A stretch of 64,000 nt of DNA from Octopus vulgaris (Eukaryota). The notes beneath the pieces were generated by a model. It did no database searches. It was given only the letters and a program-made list of their open reading frames with translations, and was not told the origin of the DNA. Below, in pieces: positions 13,960 to 27,928 of this stretch. How positions within the stretch are numbered: the first letter of the stretch is position 1; the number at the start of each line of letters is the position of its first letter. The stretch covers positions 141,918,001-141,982,000 of the forward strand of contig OX597815.1 of the NCBI GenBank assembly GCA_951406725.2, read 5' to 3'. The position numbers and the translations under genes are program-made.

Positions 13960-16363
13960 TTAGAGAAGCGTCGAAGTGTAGTGCAAATCAAATGTCTATA
14001 AATTGTATGTGACTGTAGCATTTGCTTTCGTTTCTTGTTTCCTTTTGAGGGTGTTGTTTAGAGAAAGTCTAGTTACATATTTACAAATCTTACGTATATT
14101 TGGCAAAAAGCTTAACAAGTTGCAAAACGATCATATGTTAATAACGACCAATTCTCAACGGCTGTGAACAAAGGACACTGTCTGTAATATATTACTGACC
14201 TTTGATACCGGCGTATCGAATTATCAAAGAATCAAAAGTAAATATAACGCATATATATGTATATGAGGTATTGTATGATTGCGTGAAAAATAAACAGAAA
14301 ATATAATTTTTGCAGTGAAAGAGATATTTGCTCAAAATCACTGAATTGTGATTAAGTATATTTGTATATAATGTAATCTAGAAACAAAAAGTACTAAAAC
14401 ATCCCTTTATATCAGCATTTTTTGCCATTATTCCTTAATCAAAGCAATAATTTATTCATCTTACTAATGAACTTCAGTGAGAACAATTTACCTTTTTGTG
14501 CATGACCTCTCATCATGATTGTGATTCTTTAATAAAGTTACGAATATGGGCTCCAGTGTGATGGGGATATGCAATCCCAAATGTAACCCTTAATAGATTT
14601 CATCAATGAAGACCCCTGTTCCCTCTATTTTACTAATCACATTTAAATATTAGTGACATTGATCACACATCAAGCCTTCCTTTCTGTTTTGGAAATGAAA
14701 AGGTAACAATGACAGAGTTGATGAATTAGAATTACACACACTCTTAAATAAACATTGTGTCTGCTGAAAACTATTTGGGACATAGATCCGCTTCATTAGA
14801 TCTCACTTGTTACATACGCACAACCTTAAATATGTTGCTAGTATGTGAATTAACTCAAATATCATAAGTGAAGTTGTATGACAACATATTCGTTTCATGT
14901 GCAAAATTGTGTAAAATTATCACTATGAAAGCATGTAACAAAATTGTTACGTGATTACCAACTTCAGCTTACATCTCAACCTGCGCAACATATTCAGTCG
15001 ATCTAGCTACTTATTCACTAAATTTAAAAAAAGAGAGTTTTGCTGGTACATTTACCTTGAAATAACGCATAAAACAATCACAAATTTATTCACAGAATAC
15101 AAAGGCCATCATAGTAATAATATGTTTTATTTATGACATAGTCAAATCAGATATCGAGGCTCTAGCGGCACACAGTGCTGGAAGAAGGTTGAAAATTTTC
15201 TCCACTGGGCAAAACTGGTCTAAGCCATTACAAGATATTACACTATGATAACATCAATCTCTTATACAGGTACTGGCACCAAGTTTCGGTCAGCAGGCTT
15301 TCTTTGAAGTGAGATTATATTCAAAAATATTTGCCTATGCAGCAGTGCATTGAGATCGATACCAAAACCATGTATTATCAAAGCGAAATACATAACACTA
15401 CATCGCTTTCTGTATGCAGGTCACAAGTTATTTGCAGCGTAACCAGTAACGTTCTAACACAAGAAATATTTTGAAGAGATTATTTTTTCTATAGCACTCA
15501 GATCATATTTTTCACTATACTAAAATCGTTCAAATTTTCATTATTAGATTAATTTAATTTGAATCTTGAAAACATCCGTAAGTGGCTTGATGTCGAGTGG
15601 CAGACTGAATTAGAATTCAACACCGAACTGAGAAGCATTTCAAGGTTTAAAAATGCTCCGAAACTTTATTTTGAGCAAACCAAGAAATAATGTCTCTATT
15701 ATAAAAATATTTGAAACACATGCAGTTTTTCCTAGGTGTATATAGGTGATCCCAGGAAACAATATATGGATGACTAGTTCGGTTCAAATCAGTGTGGTTC
15801 TCCATCCGTTTGTTTCCACTGATTGACCAGGACCATTCAGTTTACTCTGCAAGTTGGTAATCGGTGAAGAGTGAGCAGAACTATGTAGTAAACACACGCT
15901 CAAACGCACGTACAAACACGCGGGCGCACGCAGAAGCACGTTCTCGAGCAATTTCAATGATAGACGACATGTGGCAAAAGTCGGCTCTTTGAATTACAGT
16001 TAGTACGATCGTGAGCTGTTTTCCGAACAACAAAACCGCGCGCTTTCACTATTCCTCAATATGTAAGCAAGAAATTTCAGAAAATATTTCACTACATATC
16101 GTTGTATAGAATTTCAATATTTTCCTCTGTGAGAAGAACCTATTGGTGAATCGTCACTTTTGGGCTATGTATAAAACCCTCGTGTGAAATGAATTCCATA
16201 CACACAAACTGAGCGGGTGTTGTATAATAATAGCTAGCTAGATATATGTAGCTATATGTATGAACGCACTTAGACAATATTTAGCACATAACACCCTTTA
16301 ATGGTTTACTTTTACGTTGCTGCTGGTTTATAGGTGGTGATAGGCCAAACGTACTTTATTATT

Positions 16364-16510
<147 letters not shown>

Positions 16511-16519
16511 TTCATACAT

Positions 16520-16735
16520 AAATATAAGGGGAATGCTTTTAACCACTATGTGGAAACCCTTATGCTAGAAGAAGATCCGCTATGGTCTTAACCACTAAGA
16601 ATTGTTCTCCACAAAAAAAATTAGCACACCAGTAACATAAGCGAGCAAGACAAATGAAAAGTAACAATAATATAGATTAATCATAATCAATTGTTTCACT
16701 ATCAATAAATTACGTAAGTTTACTTACACAATTTA
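16520..16735 (-). mobile_element. Single arm related to the 33611-34135 foldback family
   Basis: Shares ggaatg..accacta..accct.atgcta, gcaagacaaatgaaaa and gtttcact, in order, with the left arm at 33611-33790; abuts a (TA)n(TG)n run. Confidence 0.55.
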
Positions 16736-17334
16736 TCTTGTGAGAAAGTATGTCTGTGTGTGTATGTGCGCGCCCGTGTGTGTGTGTATGTGTGTGTGTG
16801 TGTTTGTATTTGAAAGAGGTGTTAAAGAAAAGAGAAGGAAAGGAAGAATAAGGAGAGAAAGTAGAAAAAAATCATTGATACCTTTGCAGCTGGTCAGTCT
16901 TTCAATAGTAAGTAATTATCGGCCTTTAGCAATGGATTTGCCATTGCTAAAAGCCAAGAATTACTTACTTTTCCGTCTCTTTCCTTAACATTTCTTTCAG
17001 ATACAAAAAGCACACACACACACACGACACACATACACACACTCACATACTCTCTCTCTCTCTCTCTCTCTCGCACTTTCTCCGCACCCCCCTCTTTTAC
17101 TATCTTATATCTCTCCCCACCCCTACACACTCAATAATACTATAAAAAGAGTCAGAATTCCTACAAAAGTTCAATTTGATTACTCCACCAGAGTGGACGA
17201 AATCGCTAAAATATGATATATGATTTATAAAAACATGTAGCATACTAATAAATATAAAACCATCCAGATTTATGAGTACCTCATTTCTTCTATAATATGT
17301 ATGTATTTATATATAAATATATATATATATATGG

Positions 17335-17492
17335 AAAAATGTTAAAGTAGAAATTGTTAAAATAATTTTATAAAGTTTAGGTCCCTTGACCATTCAATAC
17401 CCCACTACCAAGAAGGAGACAGAGAAGAAGAGTGGTCAAGTGACCTAAAATTTATAAAATTGCTTTAGTATTTTCTAACTTGACTTTTTCAA
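17335..17492. repeat. Short foldback element in (TA)n
   Basis: aattttataaagtttaggtcccttgaccattc pairs with gagtggtcaagtgacctaaaatttataaaatt. Confidence 0.75.
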
Positions 17493-17503
17493 CCCTCTCT
17501 CTC

Positions 17504-17554
<51 letters not shown>

Positions 17555-17556
<2 letters not shown>

Positions 17557-17852
17557 GCTTACCCCACGTATTAAAACACACATACAAGTAATATCTCTGT
17601 CTCAGATTGTATCTCTTTTACATATATATATATATATATATTTATATATTTGATATTTTTGTCTTTTTCAATAGAGCACTTCTATAGAAGTCCTATTAAT
17701 CTTTTTGTTCCTGACAAGAAACAACCACTGTATTATTGATATTGATATATATATACAGAGAGAGAGAGAGAGGGAGATAGAGAGAGAGAGAGATACAAAC
17801 TTAAACAGAGAGAGAGATTGCTTGTATGTGTGTCAATATGTGGGGTAAGCAT
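17555..17852. repeat. Inverted-repeat (MITE-like) element
   Basis: atgcttaccccacgtatt..acacacatacaagtaat pairs with attgcttgtatgtgtgtcaatatgtggggtaagcat. Confidence 0.7.
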
Positions 17853-19540
17853 AATTTGGATGAGATGTCATAACATAATTATGTTTATAGACAGCATTTT
17901 CTGTTATATAAAGCATATTATTCATTAGCAAATCACATAAAGTAATATTGTTCGCACAGTTGTATAGTGATGTGTATAAATTTTGCATCGCCTAATAAGT
18001 ACATCTGGGTAAATATTGTTATCTAGGAACGTCAGAAAGAACAAAAAATATACATTAACTTAACACTGGTATTAAACAAAGCTGGATGAAACAGTTGATA
18101 ATTTAATCGTAGTTATACTCGAAGCAATATTCTTAAATAACAAATTGAATTTCCATGCGTAGAAGATATTTGATAATGCTTTCGTTGTATGAGGGAGTTA
18201 TACTTGTAAGGACTATGCTAACTTTTGCAGGTGCTCTTGAAATGCTTCACGTGAAGCTTTATGCGTCAATCTATCACATTTTGACAGACTGGGAATTCTT
18301 AGCTGTATGTTTTGACTATCTGAATATATTTAATATATTATATACAAAATTTCATGATTTAATAGCATTAACGTGCATTTGCAGACTTCAACTTGAATCA
18401 TGCTAGATAATACAACTGAATATTATAGATTGCTCAGGAACTATGGTAATACATGCTTTCTGTATGCATTTAAAATATCTAGTTACTGAAATATATTGAC
18501 GTAAATTAGAATGCATTATATAACATTAGAATAGAGGTGAAATTTACATAGTAAATCTGACTGACACAAACGTGTCTTACTGTTCGAAATGTCTTCAGCA
18601 TATAGCATGCACTGGATAAACAATCCAGTTTCACAAATATAATTACAGAGCTAAGAGTGTATTCCACATGCAAAGTAACTTAACTAAACGTAATTTTACA
18701 AGCATGGAAAAATTTTGTTTTCTAAGAAAATTTAACTGTAGAACAATACAATGAACAGCCAAACTATGTATTTTCTCCTGAACTGTATACAAAATAAGAA
18801 AATCATATTTGTTTTCACAATATATTTTCTTTGTGTTTAGTTGATAAAATATGTATACTTATTGTGAAATTTTCTCTGCAAGTTCATCTCTTCTTACTTT
18901 ATACAAAAGCACAAATAAAGATCTGAACTTATAGAACCTGCCTACGTAGATTATATAGAATATAAACAGCATCTTAAATACTTCCGGATTGTTCCGTTAC
19001 ACAAACATCATATACCTAGTCCAAGAACGGCCTTCTCTGACATAGAGGAAGCCCCTATACAACTCGAAGGCAGCAACAATATAAAAAATAACTCTGCACA
19101 CAAAACAATATTGAAGGACATTATTAAAGAATACAATGAAAGAAGGTCATATGTTCGTGTATATTATAAAGTCATCTGAATTATTGACTTCCTCATACTG
19201 AAATTTTTCATGTGAAATGGGAGCTGGTACATTCCCTATATTAGGGGTACACGTAATAATTGAAGGCATGCAGTATATTTGTCTCTATCGGCATTCTAAA
19301 TATTATATCTTCATGAATAAATTGTCAAATCGAACTACTGACTTCGATAATGACACTACAAGTAAGGAATATGCGACAAACTTCTATTATTTAATTGTAT
19401 GCTGTTCGCGCGAGGTGTTGGAATATGTATGTATGTATGTACGCATGTCACTATCTATCTATCTATCTATCTCTATCTTTCTCTCTCTATATATATATAT
19501 GTGTGTTTGTGGGGGGGGCGTGTGTGTGAGTATTATAGAA

Positions 19541-20410
19541 AAATACAAATTGGGACAAGAACGCAAAACATCCAGAGAATTAGGTGATACAAAAAACAAA
19601 GAATCCAGATAGACGATACAAAGAAAACAAGGACGGGCCATTCGGAGTTTTCTTTCCTCAGTCGAGTTCCAGATTATCTTTGCAACGAAAACAAGGACGA
19701 AAAGAAAATGGAGAATGTTACACAAATACAAATAACAGGACTTAACTACAGGGTTCTTTCGGATAAGATCGAATTATATTAGGCTGGCGTGTGAGGAAGT
19801 ATAGCCTTACGGCAGAGATACAAGGTTTCACAGGCACAGGGAGGAATATAGATGTTGCACGTACGGCGGCGGAACCAAAAAAGAAAGGTCAGGCTTGGCC
19901 GAACACCGGTCACGTGGGGAGAGAGGAGAGAGAAGTAGAGGTAGAAGGACAGAAGAAATAAGGAAGGGCGAGAAAAATGACAGTGACACGGTGAAGTGAA
20001 AAGAAGGGGGAAAGCGCATGAAGAGAAGGCAAGGAAATGTGAGAGAGGAGAAAGAAAAGAATAAAGAGTGAAATGAATGAAGTAAGCGTGAAAGGCGGAT
20101 CCTGTTATTTGTATTTGTGTAACATTCTCCGTCTTTTTTCCCTCCTTGTTTTCGTATACATTCGTTGCTTTCTTCCAAGGAATCTAAATGCTCGTAGCTT
20201 AGTTTTTCTTTGGGGCTGGCCAGATTGGAGCAATCTCGAGTATAACTAGCCGGAATTGCAAATATAACTTGGACCTACACTAAGGAAAGAAAACTCCGAA
20301 TGACCCGTCCTTGTTTTCTTTGTATCGTCTATCTGAATGTTTTGTTGTCCCTTTTTTTTTTTGTATCACCTAACTGTCTGTGGATGTTTTGCGTTCTTGT
20401 CCCATTTTAT
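19541..20410. mobile_element. ~870-bp element with ~145-bp inverted terminal arms
   Basis: 19541-19686 (tgggacaagaacgcaaaacatcca...ggacgggccattcggagttttctttcct) is the reverse complement of 20255-20410; TA-rich flanks. Confidence 0.8.
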
Positions 20411-20589
20411 ATATATATATTCAGAAAGTTATTTGTTATGACCGTTCAGAGATTGGGCATTGATGCTGCATTTATAAAACGCATAACTGTATAAGCAACT
20501 CATCAGATACAAATGACTGAAGATACATAAGCTCTCTAAAACTTGAGGGATGAGTACGTCACGGTTAGTTAATATTTCAAATAAAAGAA

Positions 20590-22520
20590 TTCTGGAACAA
20601 GACTCTACTGGAAAATCTTTGACAAGGGGAATTATTTCCTATAGATGGGTTTCAGTTATGTCCACGACACGCCTGCCGCAGTGTTGTGAAGATGTCAGTA
20701 TTTCCCTAGTCGGAAAATAGGGATATCCATCTTTCACAATGAATCTTTTCTGAAGGCGATGAGTAAATTCCTCTCAGTTTGGAGTTTAAAAGCGTCTATG
20801 GGTCAAGTGAGGTTTTCAGGAATCTTTGTCTTCCGGCCAAGCAAAGCTTGCATTTTTCTCCTGTTCAGGTAGATCCTGCTTGTTTTAGGTGCCTCCATTT
20901 AATTATGTGTGTAGTACATTTCTTTGAAAACGCCATATGTAACCAGGTACGAGATGATATACGTCACTGGTATCCTATGTGGAGATTTGTGATTGCTAAA
21001 CGATGCTTGGAGGAAACGCTTGTAGATCCAACATATTGTGGCATTGTCCTGGTGGTGTTCCAGCTTGTAACGTAATTGCTACGTACAATACATAGGATAA
21101 CCAGACTACACTAAAAATAATGTAACGAAATAACAAATCCCTTTACAAACCAACAATCAATATTGCTCGTTAACTAACCAAACGACACATTTCGAATTCG
21201 CTGCGAACTAACACGAACTTCATTCGACTGCGAACTTTGAACTCACCCGAATCGTTACTACATATAATTTACTCAGACCAGTCTATCTCTCATAAGAGGG
21301 TGTCTTATCACAACACAGCTACTGTTGTTGATGTTATCGCTGCCGATGCTGTTGTCAATGCCGTTGCTGGTGTTGTTGCTGTTGTTGCTGCTGCCACTGG
21401 CGCTACTGATGATATCGCTGCTGTAGCTGCTGTTATTGCAGGACGCGATGCTTGTGCGTCAGTCGCCGTCAACAAGGCCGTTGTTGCTGCTACTGCCAGA
21501 CGCATTGACGGTGCTGATTTTGTATTTGTTGTTATCGGTGGATGTGTCGTTGGTACCGTTCGTGTTGCTGCCTCTAGTGTCGTCTGTGCCGGTCACCACC
21601 TCAACCTCATACATTACACCTTTGGGGTTGCATCGAGCTACCACAGATCACTCATTGTTAACCCTGCATGAGCAACCTACTTCAGTAGGTAAATTCGCGG
21701 TGCCCACTATCCTCTTTAATGCTGGCTGCTCAACTGAAAGTGGCCCTTAGGTTGTGCCTATCAAGCAAACGCCTAGCAAGTCTTGACACTAAGTGAGAAG
21801 GGTGAAGAAAACCAAAGGTCTTTACTGTGGTGTTTCGTTCTGTGGGTGGTATTGGGATCCGGTTTACAGCAGATGCGGTCCTTAAAACCATTGGACGCCA
21901 AAGCGTCGTTGTTAAAAGAGGCAGCAGTGTCAAAAATTTCTATACTAGAGAAGAGGTTCGAAATTATCTTACTAACACTAGATTCTTGAACACGATATTT
22001 AGGTGGCAGGAGATTGTGTTTATCTCCGACAACTTTTCGCTTGGTTTGCGGTAGGCCCTGTATGAGCAGGTATCCAAAGTATCATGTAAAAAGTCGACAA
22101 TGGTAACGTTGGTCTCAATTGTAATCTTGAGCCGAACGGAGCCAAGCGTGCAAATTAGATCCTTCTTGTACTTATCAATGGTACGTCCACTATCTCTTCT
22201 AGGAATGGCTAAAGCGTCATGTTTGTATAGACAAAAAAGAACTGACGGGGACATTTTCGTTAAGGTAGCCAGCATATATAATCCTATGAAGTCGGAGACA
22301 TCCCTCCTATTGTAGGAGCCAGCCGAGTCAGCTTGTTTGACCCAAACCGACCATTTAATGATCAACAGCGTGCATAATTATATCTATATTTCTATCTCTA
22401 ATGTCAGTAAAATTTGCAGCAAGCATAAGCGCCTTTACTAGTAATCCTTTCGATAAAGACGGATAAGAATTGACTGTAACAAATTGGGTGAATCTTATGA
22501 AAGGAATCTTGACCATTTAA
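20590..22520 (-). mobile_element. Penelope-like element relic (RT, thumb, Cys knuckle, split GIY-YIG)
   Basis: ORF 21964-22365 (GLYML...LYKHDAL...LKITIETNVTIVDFLHDTLD...YRAYRKP...SCH) matches PLE RT. It is followed by RHNLRATFS, CSCRVNNE..CNPKGVMY and, near 21035, QYVGSTSVSSKHR. Confidence 0.85.
21066..21315. mobile_element. Solo LTR (250 bp) with 5-bp TSD, nested in the PLE
   Basis: TGTAAC...CACAACA termini; CAGCT duplicated at 21061-21065 and 21316-21320. Confidence 0.75.
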
Positions 22521-25129
22521 TTTGTACATGCAGCGGGTGGTTTAAGCTGTAATAATGAAGTCAAACAAAACAGGGATATTTTGAAATTATTTACGTATAC
22601 TTGTTATATACTACGTTTACCTTAAACATATCTTTTAGTTTATTTCTATATATCACTATTTGGTTCGATTTCGTTATTACAACTTATATATTTATATGTT
22701 TGTGTGTGTGAGTGTTTGTGTATGTGTGTGTGTGCGGGTGTACGTGCGTGCGTGTAAATATGCGTATATGTATTTAATTTGAAGTAGTGACGATGATGAG
22801 ATTAACGATATAGCAATCCGATCTTGACTTAGTTGCTAGAGATCCTAAATTATCATTGGTTTCTCATGTATGAGAGCACGTCTGTGTTGTATGTTAATAA
22901 TATCCATGGAATGATATCCATGGAATAACAAAATTACTGAAATCTTTCTACCAATATACAATGCGAATGTTATCATCATTCTGAATAAACTCTGAAATAA
23001 AACATTATCTGGAGCTGCAGTCAAGATAATTGTTTATCATTATATAGAGAAGTATTTTCTACCCTTCTCCTCCAGGACAACAACTCAGTGTTATGCCATG
23101 ATATCAGAAAACTTCTGCGAAAACAGGTCTACTTGGATTGCATCGCATGCATATATGAACTTTTGATCACAGACACTATGATTAAAATTATATATGTCCT
23201 TTTACACAAAAGCACAAATATAGACCAGTTCAAATTTAGTAATTTACATATTTATTTATTGACAATTATCTTGGCAATAAGAAAGAAGAAGATTATTTTG
23301 AATTACTAAAAGGCATTCTCTTCAATTTGCATAAATATGACCTCAAAGTTCGTTAGATTCTCAGTTACTGGAAACACATCCCATAAAAGCTTGTGGCTTA
23401 AGTGAAATGCAAAAAGAAAATACCAAGGGAAATACAACATTCATAGAGGCGTTCCAGGAAAGGATTTGTAGAAATATGCCGACACATATTTCGGGTGAAA
23501 TTTTCAAAAATATTATCCTGATCACTCTCACTCCACAAATTCTTGTATAAGGAAGTTGTTTTGACCATTCGATCATTTTATATATTTTAATTTTGTATTA
23601 AAATTTATAAATATTTTATTGCTGTACAGTTTAAGAGATTGTTCCGAGATAAACTGATTTAGAAATGTTTGAATGTTTTAATAGGATACAATGTATATGC
23701 CGCAGTAATATAGATGTCATATTTGCATCGGAATATCAACCCATTAAGCAGTCACATCTGATAGGTTAAAACAAACACGTGATTAAAGTTATTATATAAA
23801 TATTTATTTCTCTCGAATTTTGAATTCCAGTTTTGAATATCGTGTTTGACAATGGCAGTTAGTAATGTTGCTATGCTACCCAATGTTAATGCCTGTGTAT
23901 CGAGTGTGTGTTTGTTTGTATGTCTGTGTAAATATGCATGAGGCTTGTGTATGTGTGTGTGTGTTTGCGCGTGTGTGTCTATAAACAAAATTTCTAGTGT
24001 AATCAAATAGTGTAAACAGACGAGAAGTTTTTCAAGCTACTATTGCTATTAAAGCTAAAACTTAAAATTTTACTAGATGAGTGAAACAGACGGTCTGCAC
24101 ACATATGCAAAAATAAAGCAGCACGAAACATACATATACGTAGATCACATGTTCACCATCTATCTCTGTTAGTATTCCCATAACCCTAATGATATCATGC
24201 TTCACTGAGAGATTATCAAAACTCAGAGTATACCAATGGTCACCTAAGGTCATACACACACAGGAGCCACATGCAACCATACAAAATAGGCACACAATTA
24301 TAACCGCACATACATCTTCGAACAGGTCTAAAACTGAACTTCAGACATAAATATACACACGAACAGAACCATCACTGCAAATATAAACATTAAAGCATTT
24401 TAGGGAGAAGGCATCTAAGCACAACCTTATATGCGTATTCTATAACCACACCTATATGCATAGTCTAGCTTCAAACATTTATGCACAAATGTAGTAGCAA
24501 AATATGCGCTATAATTGAAAGGAAAATGCATGCAAACATGAACACAGATACATGTATACATACTACATGAGACCCTTATGCATAAGACCGGTAAGACTTA
24601 ATTCGAATAAGCAATACTAATATTTTCAAGAATAAACTTTGAAATCGTGTTATTCAACATTATTCAACAAAAGTCTACAAATATCTATACGCGCGCCTTT
24701 GTGCAATGTTATGTGTATATGCTTACTTATATACGTATTTATATACATACACACATGCACACATACATACATACATACATATATAAATATATATATGGGT
24801 AAATTCATATGCTCATTTCGAAGAAAATTCATTATTAAAAGCTAACATAAGTATTCCGCTTCTACAAACTGCCTTTCCGTTACAACACAGCACCTCACGT
24901 GTGCCTTCAAGAACCACTTATTTTCCCAAGTTTATTGCTACGGCCTTTCATTTGCACATTTCATTGCTATTCATACTGCCGGCTGTCCGCACCACTCTGG
25001 AGTGCTCAATTAGACCATGCGTCACACGTGAACATGTGTTGCCTTTGTAGAGCAAAGCGAATTCTCTCATTGTTCTATACTGACACTTTGATAACGTACC
25101 TAACTATATGCATGCGTTCATGTATGTTT

Positions 25130-25359
25130 TTCATCTTGTATCTGTATCATTCATAAGACTGTGGGCACGCATTGGAGACTTTTAGTCGAATGAATAACAA
25201 CATTTATTTTTTTTTTTTTTTAGTTTGGAACTCACTTATTTTGCTGAACTGCTAGGTTACGAGGATATTAACAAACCAAAACCAGTTGTAAAGTAGTGAT
25301 GGAAGAGAAACACAATATAAAAACACAGACACAGATATATATATATAAATATATATATA

Positions 25360-25411
<52 letters not shown>

Positions 25412-25570
25412 CTCACACACACACACGTCTTTGTATTTGTACACATTAGACTTCTTTCAGTTTTCGTCTAACACATCCACTCACAATGCTCGAAGATATA
25501 GTAGAAGACACTATTCCAAGGTGCCGTGCATTGATTGGAAAGTAAGCTTCTTACCACACAGCCACACCTC
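25130..25570 (-). mobile_element. SINE with internal microsatellite (degenerate)
   Basis: atccactcacaatgct...tagtagaagacactattccaaggtgccgtgca...aagcttcttaccacacagccacacct; same family as 39196-39530. Confidence 0.7.
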
Positions 25571-25599
25571 CGCTTTGAGTTCTTTTTTACGTTTTTTTT

Positions 25600-26470
25600 C
25601 TTCAGTTTAATGTTAGTTCTGCATGAGAGAGTTGAAGCAGGTCACTAACACAGCAACAATATATTTTGAGTTCACAGAGTTCCCGGTGTTTGTATATGCG
25701 AGGTTGAGCTGGTGCATTGGTGGAACTGTTGATGAATACACAAAGTGTGCGCATCTATTTACATAGGAATCTCACATGGACAATTTTGGGAATGTTTTAA
25801 AAATCTTTACTGTGCCACTAATAGAGTGGATTTGAAGAAGTCGCGTCAGTGTTTTTGGTCTTTCTCCGTGAAACTGAGTATTTCTACTTTTTGATTTGTC
25901 TTTTTTGGGGGGGCGTCAAATTTGTTGGTACATAGTTTCATGTACCTATGATGATAAATATAAATGAAAAGTCATAGCTAAGGTTCAAGAGCTGCAAGTT
26001 CCACATTAACTCACAATAAATATTCTCTTTTTCCTGGACATTTAATTGTACGTTCTGACCTCCACAGCAGTGTATGGCTTTTGTTTCCTTCCCCAAAAAA
26101 CATTGTCAGGTCTGTTATGCCTTCATCGAACTGGTGTTCTTATTCAGGTGTTCCACTAGTATTCCTTGTTTTAAAATGCTGAATACCTACTTGCTCTGAC
26201 ATGCCTTTGATGTATACATCAGGGCAGTTCTTCCTGTTGATAGCATTAAAATATTCTTTGCAACTATATCATGCCTCACGGGCAGGTAATACCTCGTAGA
26301 AATTTTGAGACAGCTGCTGATGTTCTGGGTGACATCTTCCACATTGGTAAAGCTGAGCCGATATTTTTAATGACAACATGAACGTTTTGTGGTATCTATA
26401 TTTTTCTTGTTTATCAGATATGTATTAGCTATCTCCTGTTCCTGGATAGCGAAACTATATCGTTTTAGGA
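25600..26470 (-). mobile_element. Highly decayed PLE-like coding relic
   Basis: GC-richer coding-like block with weak RT-like fragments on the minus strand; no intact ORF. Confidence 0.35.
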
Positions 26471-26997
26471 GGGATGTAATGTATGTATCTATGTATCTAT
26501 AGATGTGTGTGGAAACACTCACATATAACGTTTATGTGCACTAAGATGTTCGACTACTACTCTATGATTTAGAGCTCTACGTAGATAATCATTATCTAGT
26601 ATATTGGTTAGCAGATCAGTGTACTTAGCATTGTTACTATTTATGATATAAGGAAGATATGCAGTAGAAAAATAAGATAAACACAAGTATAAAGTTGTAT
26701 TAGTTACTAGATCCCTGTAACATAACATAATCAAGAATTACCCCGATGATCCGTTGTAGGTCCGATTGCGAGATCATGGATCTATTCCCAGACCAGGCTT
26801 TACGTTGTAATCGTGATCATTTCGACATTTGACAAGTGCCACCAGTTACACCTGCACAGGTAATGTCGATCAGATGGAGGGAGTGAGATTATATCTATAC
26901 ACATAATTGATCAATATAAACAAATCATCTGTGTGGTTGTTCGGTGAGTTATTGTCGAAACCCCATGCATCGTCTAACGACGGGAGAGTGCTTCTAT

Positions 26998-27060
<63 letters not shown>

Positions 27061-27068
27061 TTGTGTGT

Positions 27069-27102
<34 letters not shown>

Positions 27103-27740
27103 GGATGCATACATTTTGTAGAGACACACAGACGAACACACAGGTGCGCACGTATGTATTTTATGCATGTTAATTTACAGTTATCTACACACATGGACAT
27201 AACTCTATTTGTTTTAAATAGATCGTATAGTATTTGCACCTTTCAGAGGAAGTACTGCACATACATAGAAAATACGAATGATTTTGACCGTTTGGAAAAT
27301 GACAGAAAATCATGCTTAGGAATTCGTTTACATCAGTTTTTCGCATTCATAATGTAATTCATAATCTTTCTTATTATTGCTTAAAGCAAGTAACTTTAAA
27401 CATTTCAAAAACAATTATAACAAGTGTAATATAATACAGAGAATTCTGTAAGAAGAATGTGGATTGTGTTGCTGTATTACATCTGTAGAAAACGTTATAT
27501 GAAATATATCATTTGCTTTCCAATAATTTTACATGAAAAAAAGGGTTATTAATCATTTCCATTGTTACTTTTACAAGTTTTTTTTTTTCATATAATTTTA
27601 TACATTTTTATTCTTGCTTTACTCTATATCGTATTTTTCAATTTTTGTTTCTGAAATTATTAATATGTTTATCTCTAGTATTCATAGTGCGAAAAGTCTT
27701 TACCTTTATTATTATGAAGATAAAGACATTAATATTATTT

Positions 27741-27791
27741 CTGCTACTGCTACTAGTACTGCTACTACTACTGCTGCTGTTGCTGCTGCTG

Positions 27792-27853
<62 letters not shown>

Positions 27854-27928
27854 GCTGCTGCTGCTGATGCTGCTGCTGCTGCTGCTGCTACTACTACTAC
27901 AACTACTATTGCTACTGCTACTACTACA
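27741..27928. repeat. (CTA)n/(CTG)n trinucleotide tract
   Basis: Directly visible; gives the poly-T/A, poly-L and poly-S ORFs. Confidence 0.95.

Noticed and set aside
16890-16907. 18-nt micro-exon candidate (ttgcAG...GTAAGT)
   Set aside because: Splice-like motifs alone are expected by chance; nothing links it to a gene.
18231-18304. Exon-like segment (ttttgcAG...GTATGT)
   Set aside because: No recognisable protein. Its ATG frame is out of phase with 36045 for either acceptor. It cannot be excluded as a UTR exon but is unsupported.
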